The translations under genes and the position numbers were made by a program. From a virus (lineage: Duplodnaviria > Caudoviricetes): a stretch of 64,000 bases of DNA. The notes under the pieces are model-generated. The model was not told the DNA's origin. It did no database searches and was given only the letters and a program-made list of their open reading frames with translations. Location of the stretch: IMG/VR virus record IMGVR_UViG_2974624810_000001, positions 32,001 through 96,000 of that record; one strand, written 5' to 3'. Below are positions 1 through 10,872 of the stretch, piece after piece. Each line of letters opens with the position of its first letter. The first letter of the stretch is position 1.

Positions 1-90
1 ACGGTATTCCCAGTCTCATTCCGACTTCTTCCAGACCCAAGCTTCTCTGGTCAGGAATACGGTGTGATTAAGGACAGGAACATCGCCTAA
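1..90 (+). CDS. 3' end of probable major tail protein (partial)
   Basis: Frame 1 reads TVFPVSFRLLPDPSFSGQEYGVIKDRNIA*; followed by a terminator and the chaperone/tape-measure genes (siphovirus synteny). Confidence 0.6.
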   Translation, partial: TVFPVSFRLLPDPSFSGQEYGVIKDRNIA

Positions 91-109
91 TCCAATGACT
101 TTCAGCGTT

Positions 110-129
110 AGCCCCCGAAAGGGGGCTTT
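110..129 (+). terminator. Intrinsic terminator
   Basis: AGCCCCC-GAAA-GGGGGCT followed by TT. Confidence 0.8.
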
Positions 130-187
130 CGCATTTTGGATTATGATAAGCCGTTGATATAATCGAGTTAAACACATAGGAGGAAAT

Positions 188-532
188 GTGGCAACAAGCG
201 TATACACAATCGAGGAGATTGTGCTACAGGACGGTAATGAGGTGACACTCAAGCCGCTAAACATTAAGGGACTTCGAAAGTTCATGAAGAAGTTCAAGGA
301 ACTGGAGAATCTTAAGGATGACGACCAGGTAGTTGACTTCCTTATTGAAGTTGGTCAGCTATGTCTGTCATCTCTACACCCAGAGTATGCTGATACAGAC
401 AAGTATGAGGATGCTGTTGACATGCCAACAGTCCACAAGATTATTGAAATCTGTGGAGGGGTAAAGCTAAATGACCCGGAACTGATGGCCGCAGCGGCGG
501 CAGTGATGGAGCAGCAAGCTGGGACGAGCTGA
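188..532 (+). CDS. Tail assembly chaperone
   Basis: AGGAGG RBS; position between tail tube and tape measure genes. Confidence 0.8.
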   Translation: MATSVYTIEEIVLQDGNEVTLKPLNIKGLRKFMKKFKELENLKDDDQVVDFLIEVGQLCLSSLHPEYADTDKYEDAVDMPTVHKIIEICGGVKLNDPELMAAAAAVMEQQAGTS

Positions 533-561
533 ATCTAGTTCAGCTTGAAGCAGAGCTTTTT

Positions 562-831
562 ATGCTAGGCATTTGGAAGAACTTTGAAGAGATGGAAGAA
601 AATCTCACGATTGCAGAACTGGAAAGACTTCTCGAAGCAAAGCGAGACCAGGATTTTGCAAACAAGAAATTCGCGGCAGCACTGAAGGGCATTGACCTTG
701 ATGAGCCAGGCGATAAGGAAACACCAACCTTCGAAGACATCAAGCGCAGAGCACAGGCCAAGGCCAAGGGAGTTTCAGCAGAGAGTCTGGAATTCGCTGA
801 AATTGGAATTGGTATAGAAGGAGATGACTGA
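562..831 (+). CDS. Tail assembly chaperone, second (-1 frame) segment
   Basis: -1 frame open from 475, overlapping the upstream ORF; typical G/GT arrangement. Confidence 0.7.
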   Translation: MLGIWKNFEEMEENLTIAELERLLEAKRDQDFANKKFAAALKGIDLDEPGDKETPTFEDIKRRAQAKAKGVSAESLEFAEIGIGIEGDD

Positions 832-923
832 CAATAGAGAATATTAATATCCGCTTTACAGCTACAGCGGACTTCCGTGGGGCAGCTCGTGAAATCGAGG
901 CCATTAATGCACAGCTTGCAGCA

Positions 924-3900
924 ATGCAGGCTAATCTCGCACGCGGAATGACACCTGCTGCACTAGCTACAAATCAGGCGGCATTCAGGAATCAGGTTCG
1001 CAGTCTCGGTAGCATGACTACCGAGACTATGCGTGTTGCTTCTGCGTCTGAAATGTACACTAAGGCGCTGCTAAAGGAGGATGTTACTCTTCGTCAGGCT
1101 CTAAGGAACCGACAGACATTCAATCAGGTTCTTAGAGAACAGTACCAGCTAAGTAGAGCTGCCTCAATGCAGTGGAGTACCAACAACCGAGGTGGCTCTA
1201 CTATGGACCTTATCGTGCCTAGAGACGCCCCAGCGCGCCTAGGTAATTTGCGTCAAACGATGGCAGCCGTTCGTGCCCAGACCATTTCTATGAATGTTGC
1301 TCTGGGCGAAATGGCCATCAAGATGGGTCTTGTCAGCCAGGTAGCGGCATCAGCCGGTGCCAACATGATTAAGTGGGGTAAGAACACTCAGTGGGCTGGT
1401 CGTCAGCTCATGGTTGGTTTGACTATGCCTGTTCTTGCGGCCGGTGCTGCAATGGGTAAGCTTGCATACGATGTCGAAAAGGAAATGACTCGTATCAACA
1501 AGGTTTACGACTTCTCTGCTACTCGTGATGAGAATGCTGCAAAGCATGCTCAGGAAACCGCATCACTTCGTGCAAATTCACTAAGAGCTGCACGTACTGC
1601 TGCGGAGCAGTATGGTGCCTCAATGACAGACACCCTGAAGGTAGAAGCAAATCTTGCTGCAACAGGTGAGCGAGGAAGCGACCTCATCGCAAAGACTACA
1701 GAGGTTATGCGTCTCGCAACTCTTGGTGAATTCGATTACCAGAAGGCTCTTGACGCTACCATTACATTGCAGTCTGTTTACAAGATGAGCGCTGACGAAC
1801 TCTCTGAGAGCTTCAACTACATGAACTCTGTCGAGAACGCAACCTCACTCTCAATTGAAGACTTCGCTCTGGCTATTCCAAAGGTAGCTGGACCTATGAA
1901 CCAGCTTGGAGGCTCCCTCCAGGATGTTGGTACCCTATTGACAGCTATGCGTTCACGTGGTATTCAGGCTGTTGAGGGTGCTAACGCAATTAAGTCTTCA
2001 TTCACCCGAGTCCTCAATGCAACTGGCCCGGCAAAGAAGATGTTCGAGGTCTATACTCACCAGACCCTTGAAGACCTTATCCAGAAGACAAAGGGTGAGG
2101 TAATTCCTACCTTCATGGAGCTGTACAAGGCTACAGCAAACCTAGAGCCACTTCAGCGTCAGAGAATCTTTTCAAAGCTATTTGGTACCCAGCAGAACAC
2201 CCGACTACAGGCAATCACCGATGAAATGGCCAACCTGAACGACGAAACAACTCAGGTAGGTAAGGCATACGCAATTGCTAAGCAGGAGGGCTCTGAATGG
2301 GCTGCTAGTGCTGACCGAGAGATGGACGCATTGCAGAAGTCTGCTTCTGGTCGTTTGAAGATTGCTATTGAGTCATTGAAGGTTGAGCTGGCAGAAGCTG
2401 GTAAGCCGTTCCTTGACATTGCCGGATACATCGTAAGAGGTGTTAGTGCAATCGTCAAGGCATTCAACGACCTTCCAGGACCAGTCAAGTCATTCGCATC
2501 TATTGTGATTATCGCTGGTGCTATTGCTGGTCCAGTCATTATGCTTATTGGTTTGTTCGCCAACCTGGCAGGACAGGCAGTAAAGATGGGCGCAGGTCTT
2601 CTTGGACTCGTATTCCGATTCCGTGCGCTCCTTCCAGAACAGGTTGCATCCCGTCTTGCCTCAATGCAGCAGACTGCGGCAATGCAGACTCAGCAGGGTC
2701 AGACTCAGGCTCTTATCGCAACGGTAAATGAGCTTACCGCAGCTCTAGGCAGAGCAACCGCAGCACAGCAAGGATTGACTCAGGCACAGAGGACAGGACA
2801 GGCGACATCAGGAATTCGACCTGGTGTAGTTTCTGGTGCTCCCCTTCCACCTCAGACAGCCCCAACCCCAACCATAACCGGACCAATTACAATGACCGGT
2901 GCGGGATATCGTGATGCCGCTGGACGTGCCCTTACTCAGCAGGAAGTAAGAAATTGGCAGGCAGCTCAGGCAGCCTCTGCAAGCATTAACAATAACTCTG
3001 CTGCAACACGTCGTAATTGGCAGCAAATGGGAAGCAGTTTCCAGAACCTTGCTCTAGGTGCAGCAATCGTTGGAACCATGGCAACTGAATCTGGCTCAAT
3101 GGCAAACAACATCGCTCAGATGATGATTCCTCTAGCCCTCTTCGGACCAATGCTTATTGGCCCGGTAGTAAGATTCGCTGGAGCTATTAGAACAATTGCT
3201 ATGCCTGCCCTCACAGCCCTAGGAACAGCAGCTTCTTCAGTATTCGGCAGCATCGCAACCAGAGGACGTACAGCAATGGGAGCAGTTCGTACTTCCATTG
3301 GTGGAGCAGTTGCGGCAATGGGTGGACTAAGCGCGGTAATGGGAACAGTACTTGCTGTAGCCCTTGCAATTGGTGCTGCATGGTATATCATCAACAAGAA
3401 TGTAGCAGCTTCTCGAAAGGAACAGGAAAACATCGAGAAGTCTTCTGAGGCATGGGCAAAGACTCTTGGATTCACCTACACAGAACAGCAGAAGATTGTT
3501 GCTCAGGGAACTGAGAATGTTTCTTCTCTAAATGACAAGATGAATGAATTCAAGAAGAACAACAAGGACGCCTATGCGGACATTCAGAAGTTCTACGACG
3601 CAGATGAAGCAGAGAAGTGGGGCCGTGCAATTGAAGAGGGTGTAAAGGTTCGTCTTCACGGAGGAACCGTAAACGCGGCACAGGAAGCCGTCCGTACCTC
3701 TCTTGCAATCATGGGTCAGCGCTACTCAAATGCCGAGTTCAAGTATAAGCTAAAGGCGCAGATTGACTTCGACGATGTTTCTCAGGTTATCGAGAAGCGT
3801 CTACGTGATGCTGCCACAGACATGCGCGATGCAACCAACCTGAAGTTTGACCAGTCTAAGTCTGAGTCCTTCGGTCGATTCTTCGCGAACCCAGGTACCA

Positions 3901-6900
3901 TTCAGCAAAAGGCCGGTGAGGCAATGAAGGCCAACGCTAAGGACCTTTGGGACATCTATGACAATACTCAGGAAGCAGAGAAGAGAAAGGTATTCGATAA
4001 GATTGCCGATTCTGTAAACTCTGAATCCGTACGCCTCTTTGAAACCTACAAGAAGAAGTACTCCAAGGAATTCAAGGAGATGGGTATTGAGACCTTCAAG
4101 GATTGGACTGACTATCTCAACAAGGACCAGAACATCGAATCTGGTGTCGCTGACATCGCCCTCGGTGAAAAGCTAGGTCTTACCGACACGGAAATTCACA
4201 AGGTCCAGCGAGCTGGTGACGCAGTAAAGGGATTCTCAAAGGAATTCGCTGACATGCAGGGCATTCCAAAGGGTAAGGCTGGCGTTAACTTCAACGACCT
4301 CACCAGTGAGCTTCCAGAGCTTCAGAAGGTAAAGCAGGAACTCATTTCTGTAAAGCAGGCAGAGGATGGATATTACTCCATGCTTCGTGAGCGTGCGCGT
4401 GCAGGAGTAGAGACTTCAGAAGAAGACAAGCTGGCTATTCTTAACATGCAGCGTAGAGCGGCTGGTCTGGAAGAGGTAATTCGTCTTGAAGATATGTTCA
4501 AGACCTCCATCGACAAGAGCACTGATTCACTCAGTGAAAATATGAATGAGTGGGCAGCCAGTGCTGACAACATTGACGACTTTATCGGTGCATACAAGGG
4601 CGTAATGTCAAATACTCGTGACGAAGCCATGGCACAGGCTGAAGAATTGCTTAACCAGCAGATGCAGGGCGAGATTGACGGAATCAACGCTCGCTCCGAA
4701 GCGCGCTCAAAGGCTCTGGACGCAGCACAGGAAAAGGCTGATGACCGATTCGATGCCCGACAGGAAGCAACAGAAAAGCGTTTCGAGGCAAAGCAGGAGG
4801 CTCTTGACAAGAAGTTCGAGGCAAAGCAGAAGGCATTCGAGAAGAAGTGGGATAACATCATGGAGAACCACGACAAGAAGTGGGAAAACCGTACTGATGC
4901 TATCAACAAGGCTTACGATGCCAAGGTCAAGAAGATTGATGATGCAATCAAGGCTGAACAGAATGCTGAGCAGAAGCGTCAGGAAATCTTTGAGAAGGAA
5001 AAGTCTCGAATTCAGAGAATGGCCTCTCTTGCAAATCAGCAGATTGACTTCAACATGGCCATCAATTCTGGTAACCTTGATGAGGCCGCAAAGATTGGTA
5101 ACAACATTCAGGCCGACCTTGATAACTGGGCAACCGAAGATGCTGCTGCCGCAAGCCAGACAGCTTCCGAAAAGAAGATTAGTGGTCTTGAAAACCAGAA
5201 GACAACTGTTGAGGCAGAAAGAGACCGTCGCCTAAAGGTGATTCAGCAGCTCGAAGAAGCTGAGAAGAAGCAGCTAGAGGCACGTAAGGAGCGTGAGCAG
5301 GAAGCTCTTAACGCTCAGCGTGATGCTGCCAACAAGGCTTTGCAGGTTTCTCGCGAAACGGCAATGAAGCGAATTCAGATTGAGCGAGAGGCTTACAACA
5401 AGAGCATTCAGATTCAGCGTGAGGCTTTGCAGAAGGAGACGCAGGACAAGATTAAGGCGACTCAGCGCAAGTACGAGGCTGCGAAGAAGGCTATTGAGCA
5501 GGAGCTTGCAACGTTGAAGGCATTTGTTCCACGCAACAAGAAGGAACTCGATGACCAAATCAAGAAGATTGAAGAGGCTTACAAGAAGTACGGTGTAAAC
5601 CTAAAGGGCAAGGGCAACGACTGGTCCAAGTACATCAAGGACAGCCTTAACAAGAACATCAAGGTTGCAGCCGAAGACCTGAAGAACAAGATTGCTTGGG
5701 ACAAGATTGCAAAGGATGTCGCAAGCGAAATCTCCGAGGGTGCATTCGGTCTGACAATTGGACAGTTCTCCGATTGGGTTTCAACTGGTAAGCTTCCTAA
5801 GTCTGGCCTGAACGAGAAGTCTGGAAAGAACAAGTCTCTGGACTCTCACCACGAGGGTGGTCTTATCGGTGGAAAGGCCGGTGGCTCTGGACGTACTGGA
5901 TACTCTGGTGGACGTGCTCACTCCGAAATGGATATTCGTGCCAAGAAGGGCGAATTCATGATGAAGAACAAGGCCGTAGACAAGTACGGTACTGACTTCA
6001 TGGAAAACATCAACTCTGGAAACTTCGAACCAGGAATTGGTGGTTTCGGAGATTCAATGGGCCTTGCCGGTCTTCTTGGTGCTGGTATGGCTGGAATGAT
6101 GCAGGCCATGATTCAGGAAGGAATTCAGCTTGGTGCAAATCAGGCAATGATGTTCGGAATCGATGGAACTGCAATTCCAGGCGCGGCCGGTATGTATGGT
6201 GGAGTCAACCTATCTGCTGAGCAGCTAAAGAATGCTGCAACCATTATTGGTGTCGGTAAGGGAATGGGTGCTAACAACACCGACCTCATCGTATCCATTA
6301 TGACTGCTATGCAGGAGTCCACTCTAAGGAACCTCAACTATGGTGACCGTGACTCTCTTGGTCTATTCCAGCAGCGTCCTTCTCAGGGTTGGGGTACTCC
6401 AGAGCAGATTCTGAATCCTTCATATGCAGCACGTAAGTTCTTCGAGCACTTGCTTGCAATGAAGGGAAGAGGAAAGCTAAGTCTTGCTGGTCAGGCTCAG
6501 GCAGTTCAGCGTTCTGCATATCCAAGTGCTTATGCAAAGTGGGAGCAGATGGCACGTGGTGTTGTTGCTGCAACCACATTCCAGGCTCTTACTGGAAATG
6601 GTGGATTCAGACGACCAATCAATGCATCTGTATCTCGACCATATGCACAGCACAGCAATCTTCCACGAGCTACCGACTTTGCCGCTCCAACTGGAACACC
6701 AGTCGTATCAGCAATGAACGGTTTCGTTCAGACTTCCGCAGACCTTCACGGTAACGGAAATGGCGGCTATCGCTCATACGGTCGATACGTTGTTGTTGGA
6801 AATGGAATGGACAGAACCCTCTATGCTCACCTTTCAAAGAGAAGCGTAGGCGTTGGTCAGAATGTTCGTGCAGGACAGCTTATTGGTTACTCTGGTAACA

Positions 6901-7238
6901 CAGGTAATTCAACTGGTCCTCACCTCCACTTCGAAACATGGCGCGGTGGTCAGACAGTCCCACCAGGTGTCTTTGGTATCCCTGGTCTTGCAGTAGGTGG
7001 AAAGATTAAGTATGACAACACCATTGCAAACCTTCACAAGAATGAGGCAGTTCTAACAGCTCCACTTACAGCAAAGCTTGAGAGTGGAATTGACAAGATT
7101 GACTCAGGAAGCGGTAACACGTACAATTTCACTATCAATGCTGAAGGTATCAATACTGAGATTGATTTTGAAAAGGTTGTTACCAGAGCACTCGACAAGA
7201 TTGAGAGCAAGAAGGGAAGGAGTAGGGTCGTCAGGTAA
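924..7238 (+). CDS. Tape measure protein with C-terminal lytic-transglycosylase-like and M23 peptidase domains
   Basis: 2104 aa, Ala-rich helical; MTAMQES..GDRDSLGLFQQRPSQGWG motif; YAHLS..GNTGNSTGPHLHFE M23 motif; frame is open upstream to 828. Confidence 0.95.
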   Translation: MQANLARGMTPAALATNQAAFRNQVRSLGSMTTETMRVASASEMYTKALLKEDVTLRQALRNRQTFNQVLREQYQLSRAASMQWSTNNRGGSTMDLIVPRDAPARLGNLRQTMAAVRAQTISMNVALGEMAIKMGLVSQVAASAGANMIKWGKNTQWAGRQLMVGLTMPVLAAGAAMGKLAYDVEKEMTRINKVYDFSATRDENAAKHAQETASLRANSLRAARTAAEQYGASMTDTLKVEANLAATGERGSDLIAKTTEVMRLATLGEFDYQKALDATITLQSVYKMSADELSESFNYMNSVENATSLSIEDFALAIPKVAGPMNQLGGSLQDVGTLLTAMRSRGIQAVEGANAIKSSFTRVLNATGPAKKMFEVYTHQTLEDLIQKTKGEVIPTFMELYKATANLEPLQRQRIFSKLFGTQQNTRLQAITDEMANLNDETTQVGKAYAIAKQEGSEWAASADREMDALQKSASGRLKIAIESLKVELAEAGKPFLDIAGYIVRGVSAIVKAFNDLPGPVKSFASIVIIAGAIAGPVIMLIGLFANLAGQAVKMGAGLLGLVFRFRALLPEQVASRLASMQQTAAMQTQQGQTQALIATVNELTAALGRATAAQQGLTQAQRTGQATSGIRPGVVSGAPLPPQTAPTPTITGPITMTGAGYRDAAGRALTQQEVRNWQAAQAASASINNNSAATRRNWQQMGSSFQNLALGAAIVGTMATESGSMANNIAQMMIPLALFGPMLIGPVVRFAGAIRTIAMPALTALGTAASSVFGSIATRGRTAMGAVRTSIGGAVAAMGGLSAVMGTVLAVALAIGAAWYIINKNVAASRKEQENIEKSSEAWAKTLGFTYTEQQKIVAQGTENVSSLNDKMNEFKKNNKDAYADIQKFYDADEAEKWGRAIEEGVKVRLHGGTVNAAQEAVRTSLAIMGQRYSNAEFKYKLKAQIDFDDVSQVIEKRLRDAATDMRDATNLKFDQSKSESFGRFFANPGTIQQKAGEAMKANAKDLWDIYDNTQEAEKRKVFDKIADSVNSESVRLFETYKKKYSKEFKEMGIETFKDWTDYLNKDQNIESGVADIALGEKLGLTDTEIHKVQRAGDAVKGFSKEFADMQGIPKGKAGVNFNDLTSELPELQKVKQELISVKQAEDGYYSMLRERARAGVETSEEDKLAILNMQRRAAGLEEVIRLEDMFKTSIDKSTDSLSENMNEWAASADNIDDFIGAYKGVMSNTRDEAMAQAEELLNQQMQGEIDGINARSEARSKALDAAQEKADDRFDARQEATEKRFEAKQEALDKKFEAKQKAFEKKWDNIMENHDKKWENRTDAINKAYDAKVKKIDDAIKAEQNAEQKRQEIFEKEKSRIQRMASLANQQIDFNMAINSGNLDEAAKIGNNIQADLDNWATEDAAAASQTASEKKISGLENQKTTVEAERDRRLKVIQQLEEAEKKQLEARKEREQEALNAQRDAANKALQVSRETAMKRIQIEREAYNKSIQIQREALQKETQDKIKATQRKYEAAKKAIEQELATLKAFVPRNKKELDDQIKKIEEAYKKYGVNLKGKGNDWSKYIKDSLNKNIKVAAEDLKNKIAWDKIAKDVASEISEGAFGLTIGQFSDWVSTGKLPKSGLNEKSGKNKSLDSHHEGGLIGGKAGGSGRTGYSGGRAHSEMDIRAKKGEFMMKNKAVDKYGTDFMENINSGNFEPGIGGFGDSMGLAGLLGAGMAGMMQAMIQEGIQLGANQAMMFGIDGTAIPGAAGMYGGVNLSAEQLKNAATIIGVGKGMGANNTDLIVSIMTAMQESTLRNLNYGDRDSLGLFQQRPSQGWGTPEQILNPSYAARKFFEHLLAMKGRGKLSLAGQAQAVQRSAYPSAYAKWEQMARGVVAATTFQALTGNGGFRRPINASVSRPYAQHSNLPRATDFAAPTGTPVVSAMNGFVQTSADLHGNGNGGYRSYGRYVVVGNGMDRTLYAHLSKRSVGVGQNVRAGQLIGYSGNTGNSTGPHLHFETWRGGQTVPPGVFGIPGLAVGGKIKYDNTIANLHKNEAVLTAPLTAKLESGIDKIDSGSGNTYNFTINAEGINTEIDFEKVVTRALDKIESKKGRSRVVR

Positions 7239-7639
7239 TGCCTATGACATTTGTAAAGCCTCGTCTAATGCGATGGAACGGAAACGCCATCACTGACCAC
7301 AATCGTGGTGAGCTGTCTATGGACGTAGAGCGAATTGAAAAGAAGCAGCGCATGGTAAACGGTACGATGCGAAAGTACATTGTCGCAGACAAGCGTACCT
7401 TCAGTGTGCAGTGGCAGAATCTACCGCATTCCTCCTCCTATACGGTAGACGGTTTCTGGGGTGCGCGTCAAATGGAAGATTTCTATGACGCCACCCCAGG
7501 AGCCTTCACATTGGAGCTAACGTATGGAGATGGAACTGTGGAAACATTCCAGGTCATGTTTTCAGACTTCAACATGAACCTGAGCAAGCGAGGTCATTTT
7601 GACTTCCATGAAGTCTCAATATCAATGGAACAAGTATAA
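7238..7639 (+). CDS. Minor tail protein (distal-tail-like)
   Basis: Translationally coupled to tape measure gene. Confidence 0.7.
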   Translation: MPMTFVKPRLMRWNGNAITDHNRGELSMDVERIEKKQRMVNGTMRKYIVADKRTFSVQWQNLPHSSSYTVDGFWGARQMEDFYDATPGAFTLELTYGDGTVETFQVMFSDFNMNLSKRGHFDFHEVSISMEQV

Positions 7640-10600
7640 TGCAGACAACGACTTTTGAGGTTAACAAGCTACTTAAGGAGGGGTACGCCGTCAAGGCCGT
7701 ACCTCAGCTTATTGCTGAGTGGAATCAGAATCGTTATGCCGGAATTCAAACTGTTGATAGCACTCCAGCAGAATATGACGAAGGTGACCCAGAGTACTAC
7801 CCAATCGAATCCATTGCCGACCCACTTCGTCCTTCAAAGAAGGGCATTGTCAAGGCACGTGCAAGCGTAGAAGGTATTGTCTCCGAGTACACAGACAGGC
7901 CCGGTGGAATTAGGTATTACATCTCTGGTCTAGATGACCCATATAAGTATTGGACATCTCCAGTAGCCAGCTCCCTGATTGGTGGAGTAAACGGATTCTC
8001 AAAGACTGTTCGTCCTTACATTGTCTATCAGACAGCTTGCTGGACCAACAAGCTGTATTTCCTATTTGAAACGTCTGCTGCTTGGCCAGTCGATTACGAT
8101 ATTGACATCACAACCGATGGCACCACATGGACGACTGTTTCAGGGGACATCATTCCTAATTCTGATGGTCGTGTAACTGTTTACCGTCAGGCCAATGGAA
8201 CGTGGGGAACCACTGTATATCGAAACAATCCAATGCTCATCAAGGGCATTCGTCTCAAGATTAACACCATCTCCTCTTTGGGCAAGTACCTGGAGCTAAT
8301 TGAGATGTCTGCACGTCTTGAGCAGGATTTGACTGACACTTTGATTTCAAGTGACTCCCAATTCGATATGGGAACTCCTTCCTTTATCACGCCTCTGGGA
8401 GCAGCGTCCTCAAATACTGCCAGCATTCAGCTATCCAATATCGATGGACGATACAACAACACGAATGATTCCTCTCTTTTCTATGGAATCATCGACAAGA
8501 ATGTGAAGTTCACCTATCAGATTGGATATGACACGACGCCGGTAGGCGGAAGTGGCATGGTCTATGTTACTGAATACACTATGTATGCAGACAACTGGTC
8601 TGGACAGGGTGAAGAGATTGCAACGGTATCCATGAAGGATGCCTCAAAGTTCTTGCAGGAAATCAAGCCTCCGAAGATGTTCTTTGAGAACATGACTATT
8701 GGTCGAATCGTTTGGCAGCTCTGTGACATCATGGGATTCAGTGACTACAAGTACGAGAAGATTGACGACGACAAGGCGACAGTCATTCCGTACTTCTGGA
8801 CTGACGGTGAGAAGACTCTTTGGGAAATCTTCAGCAGTCTTGCTGTGACGACTCAGAGTGCAATCTACTTTGACGAATTCGGAATTTTGCAGATTCTCAC
8901 CAGAGACAAGGCATACAATCTGGGCAATCCGATTGCCTGGCAGCTTGATGGTGTGGTCAATGGAACGAAGCTTCCAGACATTGTAGACCTTTCAACCAAG
9001 TACGATTACGAAGCAAACAATGTAACTGTCAGATATGCAAAGACTTCAATGTCAGAAACAAAGCAGGGCAGTCGTACTCCAGTAATGGATATCGTTTGGC
9101 AGCCAGAAGGCGATGTTGTTCTGCGTTCAAGTCAGCTTCGAGAATCAATGACTGATAGCCAGATGTTCATCAGAATGACCGGCAGCGAAGCAGCGGTTTG
9201 GCCTTACTCAGGAATCATTGAGTGTGAGGGTGAACTGATGCGTTACGATGCAAAGGGATACTGGTACTACAACAAGTCAAAGGTATTGACCTTCAAGGCA
9301 ATTAAGTCTTCCGATGAGAAGAAGCAGATTGACGAGGAGCTTTCAGACCCAGAACTGAGATTCAAGAATTACTTCTCAGGATGGTTCCGTATCACTGAAC
9401 GAGGTCTTTGGAATACATATCCTGCTGTCCACAAGGACGATGCATCTGGATATGGAGTAAAGGTTGCCAGTTATAACGGAGGCTACAAGACCTGGAGGGG
9501 TGGCTTTGTCCACAACAAGGACCAGTCAACCATCAGCCTGAAGGCCACCAAGAACACCAACATCAATACATGTTATGTCGCCTCACGAGGTAGCACTCCA
9601 GATAAAAGCATTTGGTACGTGGGCACTCGTCTGCGTTTCAGGGACTCTGGATACAACAACGGTATGGCAGGCATTGCTTTCAATCTGGGAGACAAGGACA
9701 AGGGCTACTACCTTGAGATTTGTCGAACTGACAGGCTTCCTGGTGGTCGAAAGTACCAGAATGAAATCAACTTCTATGTTCGTAGAAGCAATGGAAAGCT
9801 GGAGAGATTTGGTCCGGACAAGGGTAAGGGTGTAGCCATGGCTATCTCCAAGAATACCTGGTACGACATCGATATTGCTATCCGAATGGAGAATGGTGTT
9901 TATGGAGACCCAGGCGCTCTTGTCGGTCACGTAATCCAGGTCAGCATCAATGGACAGAACAAGATGACCTTTACAATTCCTGTCTCAAAGAAGGAGCCAT
10001 TGACTGGTCGATTCGGCTGTTTCACTCGTGGATTCACCCATGCAGACTTCGAATACCTCTACGGAAATGGTACTACAGAAGACCTGCACATTGACAAGAC
10101 GGGTTTCTTCGACAGAATTCGAGGCGGAATTGTAAGTAGTCAGGCATACACAGAATGGCTATACAAGTGGCACTTCACCAGTCACATTGTGAAGAAGAGA
10201 AAGAAGTATCTATGGGCACGATATGCTCAGAGATTCTTTGACGACTTCGGACCAATCTGTCACGAGGTAAGAGAATTTGATGTGAAGTTTGACAAGTATC
10301 CAGCGGTCCATTCAAATATCTACTTCTCAAACACCACTCAGATTGTCTGTCCAGAATACTCGGCCGACCCATTTGGAGCTAAGTTCATTCTGACCAATGC
10401 CTATCGCAGCAATGCAATTGTCAACGGTGAGGACACGCTCACATATGGAGCTGACAATCCAGTCGAACAGAAGCTCATGATTTATGGTCGAACGGTCACA
10501 AAGGAAGATGAGAAGACAATCATCTCCAAGAACGACAATGCAATTCGTCGTCGTGGTCAGGTGGACACAGAAATTCAGCCGGAATGGATTCAGTCCGAAA

Positions 10601-10836
10601 GCGGAGCACAGGCTCTAGCAGACTGGATTACTCATCACTGGGCTGAAGGATGCGATGAGGTGGATGCTGAAATCTTTGGAAACCCATTGATTCAGCTTGG
10701 AGACATCGTATCAGTCAACTATCCACAGAAGGATTACGACCCGGTAACACATAGGTATTTCGTAGTAAGTGTAGGTCGTGGATATGACCAAGGATACGCC
10801 AACACGAAGCTTACTCTGCGTCGAGTCAAGGCATAA
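7639..10836 (+). CDS. Minor tail protein (hub/central tip)
   Basis: 1065 aa; C-terminal GNPLIQLGDIVSV motif typical of tail hub proteins; synteny. Confidence 0.8.
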   Translation: MQTTTFEVNKLLKEGYAVKAVPQLIAEWNQNRYAGIQTVDSTPAEYDEGDPEYYPIESIADPLRPSKKGIVKARASVEGIVSEYTDRPGGIRYYISGLDDPYKYWTSPVASSLIGGVNGFSKTVRPYIVYQTACWTNKLYFLFETSAAWPVDYDIDITTDGTTWTTVSGDIIPNSDGRVTVYRQANGTWGTTVYRNNPMLIKGIRLKINTISSLGKYLELIEMSARLEQDLTDTLISSDSQFDMGTPSFITPLGAASSNTASIQLSNIDGRYNNTNDSSLFYGIIDKNVKFTYQIGYDTTPVGGSGMVYVTEYTMYADNWSGQGEEIATVSMKDASKFLQEIKPPKMFFENMTIGRIVWQLCDIMGFSDYKYEKIDDDKATVIPYFWTDGEKTLWEIFSSLAVTTQSAIYFDEFGILQILTRDKAYNLGNPIAWQLDGVVNGTKLPDIVDLSTKYDYEANNVTVRYAKTSMSETKQGSRTPVMDIVWQPEGDVVLRSSQLRESMTDSQMFIRMTGSEAAVWPYSGIIECEGELMRYDAKGYWYYNKSKVLTFKAIKSSDEKKQIDEELSDPELRFKNYFSGWFRITERGLWNTYPAVHKDDASGYGVKVASYNGGYKTWRGGFVHNKDQSTISLKATKNTNINTCYVASRGSTPDKSIWYVGTRLRFRDSGYNNGMAGIAFNLGDKDKGYYLEICRTDRLPGGRKYQNEINFYVRRSNGKLERFGPDKGKGVAMAISKNTWYDIDIAIRMENGVYGDPGALVGHVIQVSINGQNKMTFTIPVSKKEPLTGRFGCFTRGFTHADFEYLYGNGTTEDLHIDKTGFFDRIRGGIVSSQAYTEWLYKWHFTSHIVKKRKKYLWARYAQRFFDDFGPICHEVREFDVKFDKYPAVHSNIYFSNTTQIVCPEYSADPFGAKFILTNAYRSNAIVNGEDTLTYGADNPVEQKLMIYGRTVTKEDEKTIISKNDNAIRRRGQVDTEIQPEWIQSESGAQALADWITHHWAEGCDEVDAEIFGNPLIQLGDIVSVNYPQKDYDPVTHRYFVVSVGRGYDQGYANTKLTLRRVKA

Positions 10837-10872
10837 TTTTGCTTTGAGTAATGGCTCAGATATAATTACCTC

